Below, piece by piece: positions 57,570-64,000 of a DNA stretch of 64,000 nucleotides (within the stretch, counting starts at the first letter, position 1; each line of letters opens with the position of its first letter). The position numbers and the translations under genes are program-made. Under the pieces are notes generated by a model. The model had not been told where the DNA came from. It ran no database searches and saw only the letters and a list, made by a program, of their open reading frames with translations. The DNA is taken from assembly GCA_963767925.1 (NCBI GenBank), contig CAVYGB010000008.1, forward strand, positions 2,272,001 through 2,336,000, written 5' to 3'. This DNA comes from an uncultured delta proteobacterium. Lineage in GTDB: Bacteria; Myxococcota_A; Polyangia; Fen-1088.

Positions 57570-58769
57570 ATGTCCGAGGAAGGTTCTCCACTTTCGCTCG
57601 AGCAGGTGCGCGCGGCGGCGGCGGTGGGTCGGTTACCCGAGCTGGCCCGTCAGCTCGTCGCCGACCGCCGCTGGTCGTCGCTGGAGGTGCTGCTCTCGAT
57701 CTCCGCCACCCCGTCGCTGCCGCTCGAGGACGTGGTCGCGGCGCTGTCGGCGGTGCTGGCCGGGCTGGGCGAGCTCCCCGAGGCCGACGCCCGCGAGGCG
57801 GCGCTGGAGCTCCGCCAGGCCCAGCTTCACGCGGCCTCGGCCCTGGCGCGGCGGGCGGACCGCAACCCCCTGACCGAGCGGGAGCGCGGCGGCCTGCGCG
57901 CGTCGGCCGGGCTGCTCGCCGGGCTCGGCGAGCTGCGACGGGCGGCCGAGCTGTACGAGAAGGCCGGCGATGACGTTCATGCCGCCGAGACCTGGGGAGG
58001 GCTGGGCGAGCTGGATCGGATGGAGGTTTGCCTGGCCCGCGAAGAGGCCCGCCGCCAGGCGCGGCTCCGCATCGCCGAGGCCCGCCGTCGCTTCGAGACA
58101 CTCTCGGTGTCCGGCGAACGGCTCGAGGCGGTGCGCGCCGCCCTCGACGTCGGCGAGACCGATCTCGACAGCCACGAGCTGACCACCCGCAGCCGGCAGA
58201 TGGAGACCCGCCTCTGCCGTGGCCGGGGGGTCGGCCTCCGCCTGCCCGACGGGCGGGTGCTGGGGGTGGCCGGCCTCCCCGCCACCCTCGGTCGCGATCC
58301 CACCGTCGAGATCTCCATCCGCGAGCCGACCGTCTCGCGGCACCACGCCCGCCTGCTGGCGGTCGGCGCCGACATCGGGATCGAGGACCTGGGCTCACGG
58401 GGTGGCACCCGCCTCGGCGGATTTCCACTCGCCGGGCGGCTGGCCCTCCGGGGCGCGGGGGAGATCGCCCTCGGCGCCTCCTGCCTGCTGCGGTTCAGGG
58501 CGCTCGCCGGAGGCGTGCTGGAGCTGCGCGGGAGCACGGGCCTCGACCGCGAGCACTGGACCCTGGTGGGCACCGGCGAGATCGACGTCGGGCCGGCCCT
58601 CGGTCTCGCCACCTGGCTCCGGATCGCGTTCCGCAACGGGGTCGCCCGCCTGCAACGGCCGCTGGAGCTGCCCCTGCGGGTGGACGGTCAGCTCGTGGGG
58701 CTCGGCTGCGACCTGCTCCACGGCGACCGCATCGAGACGCCCTCCGGAGACCGCCTGGAGGTCCTGTGA
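57570..58769 (+). CDS. TPR-like + FHA domain protein
   Basis: AAELYEKAGD helical repeats; FHA LGRD..VSRHHA..EDLGSRGGT; second degenerate FHA-like region at the C-terminus. Confidence 0.8.
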   Translation: MSEEGSPLSLEQVRAAAAVGRLPELARQLVADRRWSSLEVLLSISATPSLPLEDVVAALSAVLAGLGELPEADAREAALELRQAQLHAASALARRADRNPLTERERGGLRASAGLLAGLGELRRAAELYEKAGDDVHAAETWGGLGELDRMEVCLAREEARRQARLRIAEARRRFETLSVSGERLEAVRAALDVGETDLDSHELTTRSRQMETRLCRGRGVGLRLPDGRVLGVAGLPATLGRDPTVEISIREPTVSRHHARLLAVGADIGIEDLGSRGGTRLGGFPLAGRLALRGAGEIALGASCLLRFRALAGGVLELRGSTGLDREHWTLVGTGEIDVGPALGLATWLRIAFRNGVARLQRPLELPLRVDGQLVGLGCDLLHGDRIETPSGDRLEVL

Positions 58770-59971
58770 GCGCGCCGACGAAGGAGGATCCCCACCTCAC
58801 GGCGCTCGAGCTGCGTTTCGCTCAGGATCCGGAGGACCCCGACACGCGGCTCGAGCTGTTCGAGCAGCTGCTCAGCCGGGGCGAGCCGGCGGCGGCCCGC
58901 GAGCTGCTGCTGCCGCTCTCCGCGAGCCAGCACCCGCTGTCGGCCCAGGCGATCGCCCGCCTGGCCCGGCTCGACGAGCACGAGGGGCGCATCGCCGATG
59001 CGGTCCTTCGCTGGGAGCGGCTGCTGGCCGACGACATCGACCACGACCTGGCCTGGGCCCAGCTCGCCCGTCTCGGTCGGGCCAGCGTCACCGCGGCGGC
59101 CTATTCACCGGGCGTCTTGCCGGTGGCGGCGCCCACCCTGGAGTCCCCGGCCGGGGTGAGCTTCTCCCGGTTCGAGATCGTCCGGGAGATCGGCCGGGGC
59201 AGCTCGGCGACCGTCTACCTGGCGCGCGATCGGACCCTGGACATCGAGGTGGCTCTCAAGGTGCTCCACCCGCGGGCGGGCGACGTCGCCGACGCCGAGC
59301 TGGACCACCACTTCTTTCACGAGGCGCGGACCGTGGCCGGGCTCCGGCACCCCGGGGTGGTGGCGATCTACGATGTCGACGAGGGGGCCCGGACGCTCGT
59401 CATGGAGCACATCCCCGGCGGAACGTTGCGCGAGCGGCTGCGCGCGCCTTCCGGGGGTCCGACGGTCCGGCGGGGGCTGCCGGTCCCGGAGGTCCTCGCC
59501 CTCGGACGGCGGATCCTCTCCGCCCTCGCCTACCTGCACGAGCGGGGGGTCGTTCATGGCGATCTGACTCCCCGGAACGTCCTGCTGCGGGGACCGGCCA
59601 ACCCGGTCCTCGTCGACTTCGGGATCGCCCGTCGGGGCCCCGCCGGGGAGGAAGCGAGCGCGCCGCCGGCCGCAGGCACCCCCCTTTACCTCGCACCCGA
59701 GCGGTTCCGGGGCGCCCCCTCCTCGACCAGCACCGATCTGTTCGCGGTGGGGGCCCTGCTCTGGGAGGCGCTGGCGGGACACCCGCTCCGCACCCACGGC
59801 GACCTGGTGGGCCAGCGCACAGACAGCCGGCCGCTGCCCCGGGAGGTCGAGGAGGCGCTCGGCTCGCCGGAGCACCCGCTGGCGCGCATGGTCGCGGCGC
59901 TGACTGCCGCGAACCCCCGCCTCCGGCCCGACAGCGCCGGGGCGGCCCTGCGCGAGCTTGCCGGGCGCTGA
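58766..59971 (+). CDS. Cytoplasmic Hanks-type Ser/Thr protein kinase with N-terminal TPR-like region
   Basis: IGRGSSATVY, VALK, HGDLTPRNV, DFG, GTPLYLAPE, DLFAVG; GTG start overlaps FHA-gene stop. Confidence 0.9.
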   Translation: MSAPTKEDPHLTALELRFAQDPEDPDTRLELFEQLLSRGEPAAARELLLPLSASQHPLSAQAIARLARLDEHEGRIADAVLRWERLLADDIDHDLAWAQLARLGRASVTAAAYSPGVLPVAAPTLESPAGVSFSRFEIVREIGRGSSATVYLARDRTLDIEVALKVLHPRAGDVADAELDHHFFHEARTVAGLRHPGVVAIYDVDEGARTLVMEHIPGGTLRERLRAPSGGPTVRRGLPVPEVLALGRRILSALAYLHERGVVHGDLTPRNVLLRGPANPVLVDFGIARRGPAGEEASAPPAAGTPLYLAPERFRGAPSSTSTDLFAVGALLWEALAGHPLRTHGDLVGQRTDSRPLPREVEEALGSPEHPLARMVAALTAANPRLRPDSAGAALRELAGR

Positions 59972-59974
59972 CGA

Positions 59975-61807
59975 TCAGAAGGCGAGTTGCAGGGCCAGGC
60001 CCAGGTCGGCCACCCCGGCGAAGTCGGGGACACCGAACAGCCAGCGCAGATCAGCCGCGACGGCGACGTGATGCGACAGGTGAAACAGCGCCCCCGCCCC
60101 CGCGCCGGCCACGAAGGGCCCCCCGCGGACCGAGTCGTTGCGCCGGAACCGGGGCGGCTGGGGCGGCACCGTCAGCCGGAAGCCATCGCCCCCGCCCGCG
60201 TAGGCCGACAGGTTGAGCTGGAGGTTCCGGCGGCCCAGCAGGAGCTGGGGCCGCGCCAGGACGGCGAAGGCGCTCCGCGCGGGGTTGCCCACCCGCATGT
60301 CACCCGACCCGGTCTGGGAGATGACCTGCAGGCGGGCCAGCACGGAGAAGGCAAAGTTCTCCGAGAACTGGTAGCCGACCTCCGGAGCCAGGTGCAACAG
60401 GCCGCTCGGGATCCAGCCCGCGTCGATCTCGGCGTCCTGGTAGAACTCCAGGCGCTGGGTCCGGTGCACGCCGTACCCGGAGCCGACGCCCACCGCGACG
60501 TAGACCGAGCCGACCTGGCGGCGGCGGATCCCGGCCGCCTCGATCTCGCGTTCACGGGCCCGGGCCGCAGCCTCGAGCGGGTCTTCCTCGCCCGAAGCCG
60601 CGCCTGGCCGCCGGCGGGAGCGGACCCCGGCGAAAAGGCCCTGGGCCACGGCCACGGCGCCCTCCCGGATGAGCACGACGTTGGGGCTGTCGTCCCGTCC
60701 GGCGCTGCCGACCACCTCGTTGGTGGCATCGCGGGCTTCCACGTAGAAGTGCAGCGAGCGCCCCTGCACGACGCTGGCCGGAATGACGCCCCGGTACCAG
60801 CCCTTCGACGACCGCACGGTCGACGCGGACCTGAACCGGACGTCGCCCGGGACGCGATAATAAAGGAAAACCTTGCTCGCGCTCACCTCGGGCTGCAGCA
60901 CGCAGTTCAGGGTGATCCGCTCGCTGGGAGGGGCCTCGTCCGGCGTGGGACAATAGACCGGCTGGGGGACGCGCGCCGGCAGGTCCGGTTCCTCCGGGGC
61001 TCCGCGGCGCCGCGCTGCCCGCGGAGGGCGGACGATGGCGACCTTGGCCGGTCGAGCCTCGGTCTCCTCGGCCCGGGGACCCGGCGCCGTCTCGACCGCA
61101 GCAGGTGCGGGCGGGGTCTCGGCGGCAGGAGCGGACGGCGTCGAGACGATAGCCGCTGGCGGGGTGGGCGCGCCGGGGCGAGCGGCCGGCGCGGGAGCGG
61201 CGGGAGCGATGCCGGGACCAGACGCAGGAGGCGGTGCCGCCGGCCCCCGGTCCGGGGGACCGGGCACGGTCGGAGGGGCCGCCGGCGTCACGGCACGCGC
61301 GGGGAGCGCTGCCGGAGGGGACTCCGGTGCCGCGGGACGCCCGGGGGGCTCCGCCGGCGGCGGGGAGCCCGCCTCCGCCGGCGGTGGGGCCGGCGCCGGC
61401 GTCCGGGGGCGGGCGCGCCCCTGCAGCCGGTCGAACACCTCGCGAAGCTCGGGCGTGACCAGGGTATCGGTCAGCTTGATGTCGGGCTCGATGGCGAGGG
61501 CCGACTCCAGCGCCCGGACCCCGCGCTTCGAATCCTTGAAACCGTTTATGTAGACGGCGCCCAGGTTGACGAAGATCCGCGCCATCAGCGGCTCCTCGGC
61601 GAGCCCGGCGCGCTGGCTCAGGGCGACCGCCTCGCGCAACCCGAGCTGGGCAGACTCGTAGTCCTCCGCGGCGTAGTCGGCGATGGCCTGGCGGTTCAGC
61701 TCCTTTATTTTGAGCACGGGCCCACCCTCCTGCGCCCGGCTCACGGCCGGCGAGGAGAGCAGGAGCAGGCAAGCCAGCCTGCCGAGTGCAGCCGCGCGAA
61801 GGCTCAT
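59975..61807 (-). CDS. Exported TPR + Pro-rich + Ig-like + C-terminal beta-barrel protein
   Basis: Signal peptide, TPR, long Pro/Ala linker, LYYRVPG..FYVEARD, amphipathic strands ending in Phe (LQLAF). Confidence 0.72.
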   Translation of the reverse strand: MSLRAAALGRLACLLLLSSPAVSRAQEGGPVLKIKELNRQAIADYAAEDYESAQLGLREAVALSQRAGLAEEPLMARIFVNLGAVYINGFKDSKRGVRALESALAIEPDIKLTDTLVTPELREVFDRLQGRARPRTPAPAPPPAEAGSPPPAEPPGRPAAPESPPAALPARAVTPAAPPTVPGPPDRGPAAPPPASGPGIAPAAPAPAARPGAPTPPAAIVSTPSAPAAETPPAPAAVETAPGPRAEETEARPAKVAIVRPPRAARRRGAPEEPDLPARVPQPVYCPTPDEAPPSERITLNCVLQPEVSASKVFLYYRVPGDVRFRSASTVRSSKGWYRGVIPASVVQGRSLHFYVEARDATNEVVGSAGRDDSPNVVLIREGAVAVAQGLFAGVRSRRRPGAASGEEDPLEAAARAREREIEAAGIRRRQVGSVYVAVGVGSGYGVHRTQRLEFYQDAEIDAGWIPSGLLHLAPEVGYQFSENFAFSVLARLQVISQTGSGDMRVGNPARSAFAVLARPQLLLGRRNLQLNLSAYAGGGDGFRLTVPPQPPRFRRNDSVRGGPFVAGAGAGALFHLSHHVAVAADLRWLFGVPDFAGVADLGLALQLAF

Positions 61808-62230
61808 CCGTCGACCCCCCTGGTCTACGTCTACTACGAAAGGCGGCCAAAAGGTTTTCCTACCCCCATTCAGAAGGCAGAGTCAGGGCCGGATCATGTC
61901 TTCGTCGACATCATCGCCGGTCTGGGCGTCGTGTCCACTTTTCTACGCCCGCGCCGCCCGACGCCCGGCGGGGCGCACGTTTGACATGGCCGCCCGGTCC
62001 CGGCGAAAACCCGGGAATCGGAGGCTCGCCGCGGCTTCGGCGCCCACCCACTCCTCCGCGCCCCTGCCCGGCGCCCGGGCGACTTCCACAACGCCTCCGC
62101 AAAGTTGCAGTTGATCGGCGGCAGGTTTTGGCGATATGTAGCCTTACTCGTTTCAGGATCGTTAATCTCTACCCGCTCTCTGAAGGGCGACTTCGCCCCC
62201 CTGGCAGGGGCGCTTCCGCGGAGGTCTCCG

Positions 62231-62485
62231 GTGAACCAGCTCATCGCCTTTCTTCTCGATCACGCGATGCTCGACTTCTCGGGGGACCTCTCGCTGGACA
62301 TGGTCAAAGATTTCCTGCGCGGTGATGACAGCCCCGAGGCGAGGTCCCTCCTGACCAAGCTGGTCCAGGAACGCGGCGTCGAGGACATGGTGGTCACCCT
62401 GGCCGACTGCCTCCAGGAGAGCCTGCGAACCGGCCTGAGCGAAGACGTCGTCCGCGACCAGCTTCGCCTCTACTCCGAGAGCTGA
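62231..62485 (+). CDS. Small acidic helical hypothetical protein (84 aa)
   Basis: GGAGG SD before GTG 62231; GC3-biased codons. Confidence 0.65.
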   Translation: MNQLIAFLLDHAMLDFSGDLSLDMVKDFLRGDDSPEARSLLTKLVQERGVEDMVVTLADCLQESLRTGLSEDVVRDQLRLYSES

Positions 62486-63027
62486 GCCCGGTTCGGTCCG
62501 ACAGCCCCGCCGAGAGCCGAGCTCCGGTCCCGTCTCGCTGCCTGGGGGTCCGGTCCCCCCGGAGGACATTGCTGGTTGCCCTGGCTGGGCGCCTGGCCTT
62601 ATCTTGTGGTCCGCCCCAACCGCCACGGAGCGGTGCTCCGTAAAGGCCCGGAAAGGACCCGAAAACTGGCGCCAACGCCGGAATGCTTGATGGTTTTTTG
62701 TGTTGTGTCGCACCTACAAGCATGAGAGAAACCGAACGAGTATTCGTTCGTAGGCTACGACACTAATTTGAGTACGGCCCAAAGGGCCCCGCGCTCTGCC
62801 CCTCTCTGCCGGATTCGCACATGCAGCACCTGGTTGCCCCGCCCGTCCGGCGCGAGACGAAAAATCCCAGGACTAGCGCACTTGCGCGTGTTCCTGCGTA
62901 AATGACCTTCCGAAAAAAAGCGAAACGCGATTTTCAACTCAGGCCACTGATGAGATGCGTACAGGTGGTCGCCAAGAGGCCGCCAGGATACTCGCCGTCA
63001 ATGCCATCCCAACCAAAGGGGGATCCC

Positions 63028-64000
63028 ATGTTGCACGTACCGAGGCCCTCCTCCCAACCTCGGGTCGATACCCACCCGGGTGCCCGCCGCCTCTCCTGGG
63101 CGGCCATCCTGGTAGCCGCTCCTCTCCTCGCCGCCTCCTGCGGTGAGGGCTCCTTCGGCACTACTGGAAATCCGAACCGGGGTAATGTCCCCGTAGCGCA
63201 GCCGCCCATCCCGCAGCTGCCGCTCCCTCCCGCCGTGTCGCCGCCGCCCTCATCGCCGGCTCCGACGCCGGGTCCGAGCATCGATCCGCCTCCCTCCGTC
63301 CTACCGCCGGAGCCCGTGCCCCCAGGGGCACCCCCCGCTCCCCCGCCTGCCGATCCCAACATCAAGCCGGTCGCTCGTTCTCCCATGCCCCAGGCGATCT
63401 ACGATCTCCTGAAGCGGGAGTGCTACCAGTGCCACACCTACGGCCAGCGTGACCCCGCTGGCTGGGGCTCGGTCCTCGACCTGTCCCGCATGATCGCGGG
63501 CGACATCATCGTCCCCGGCAGCCTCGAGCAGTCCCGGCTCTGGTACCGCGTGGCCGTGCGGAACGACATGCCGTTCGACGGCCCCCGCCTCACCCCCGAG
63601 GAGAAGGGCCTCATCCAGCAGTGGATCCTCACCATGCAGCGTCCGCAGCTCCGTCCCCGGAGCAACGAGGACATCCTCGACCTGCTGGTGAACGACTCCC
63701 GCCGCGCTGGAAACAGCAACGACTTCCGGTACATCAGCTTCGCCCACTTCGCGGACGAAGGCCGGACCAAGGAGGAGATCGCCATCCTCGAGGGCGTCGT
63801 CAACATCATGTTGAACAGCCTCTCGCGGCGGCCGAACCTCATCCGCGTCGAAGCGGCTGACCCCGATCGGACCATCTTCCGGTTCCGCATCTCCCAGCTC
63901 GGCTGGAACGCTGCGGACTGGGACGAGGTCGTGCGGTTCTACCCGTACTGCCTCCGGTCTGAGGTGAACGCCCACCAGAACCTGTACAACCGGCTGGACA
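63028..64000 (+). CDS. c-type cytochrome domain lipoprotein, 3' truncated (absent from ORF track)
   Basis: ATG 63028 after AAGGGGG; lipobox LAASC; Pro-rich linker; CYQCH at 63421-63435; IVPG..EQSRL..DMP..LT.EE..LIQQWI; frame open to window end. Confidence 0.82.
   Translation, partial: MLHVPRPSSQPRVDTHPGARRLSWAAILVAAPLLAASCGEGSFGTTGNPNRGNVPVAQPPIPQLPLPPAVSPPPSSPAPTPGPSIDPPPSVLPPEPVPPGAPPAPPPADPNIKPVARSPMPQAIYDLLKRECYQCHTYGQRDPAGWGSVLDLSRMIAGDIIVPGSLEQSRLWYRVAVRNDMPFDGPRLTPEEKGLIQQWILTMQRPQLRPRSNEDILDLLVNDSRRAGNSNDFRYISFAHFADEGRTKEEIAILEGVVNIMLNSLSRRPNLIRVEAADPDRTIFRFRISQLGWNAADWDEVVRFYPYCLRSEVNAHQNLYNRLD

Noticed and set aside
62947..62953. CTGATGA, hammerhead ribozyme core
   Set aside because: The nearby GAAA cannot be arranged with the three required stems.

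Overview
Very GC-rich bacterial chromosomal segment. The gene content (GltJ/AgmX-like Zn-ribbon-GYF protein, CglB-like vWA lipoprotein, DUF4388 pseudo-receiver, many TPR/FHA/Pro-rich proteins) points to Myxococcota. Most of it is housekeeping: yajC-secD-secF-recJ, efp-epmA, lysC, cutA, tRNA-Cys(GCA), gshA, pyrE, serA-hisZ-purA, serC, an ABC-F ATPase, a double-domain DsbA and parAB. Many conserved genes are broken by single-base indels, most simply explained as long-read assembly errors. The best candidate for a little-described system is 49959-59971. One arm holds two conserved-looking unknown proteins, a vWA lipoprotein and a RavA/MoxR AAA+ ATPase overlapping an orphan amino-methyltransferase; the divergent arm holds a lipoprotein, a TPR-FHA protein and a TPR-Ser/Thr kinase. 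It resembles the MoxR 'ternary' conflict systems. Other signals: a short motif ENSxLFSL shared by two otherwise unrelated membrane proteins, an RHH-FHA regulator, recurrent TANNNT boxes just upstream of start codons (leaderless-type promoters), a structured AT-richer intergenic region before a c-type cytochrome lipoprotein, and a REP-like element. I saw no CRISPR array, rRNA, transposase or integrase. All family assignments come from motif reading, not database searches.
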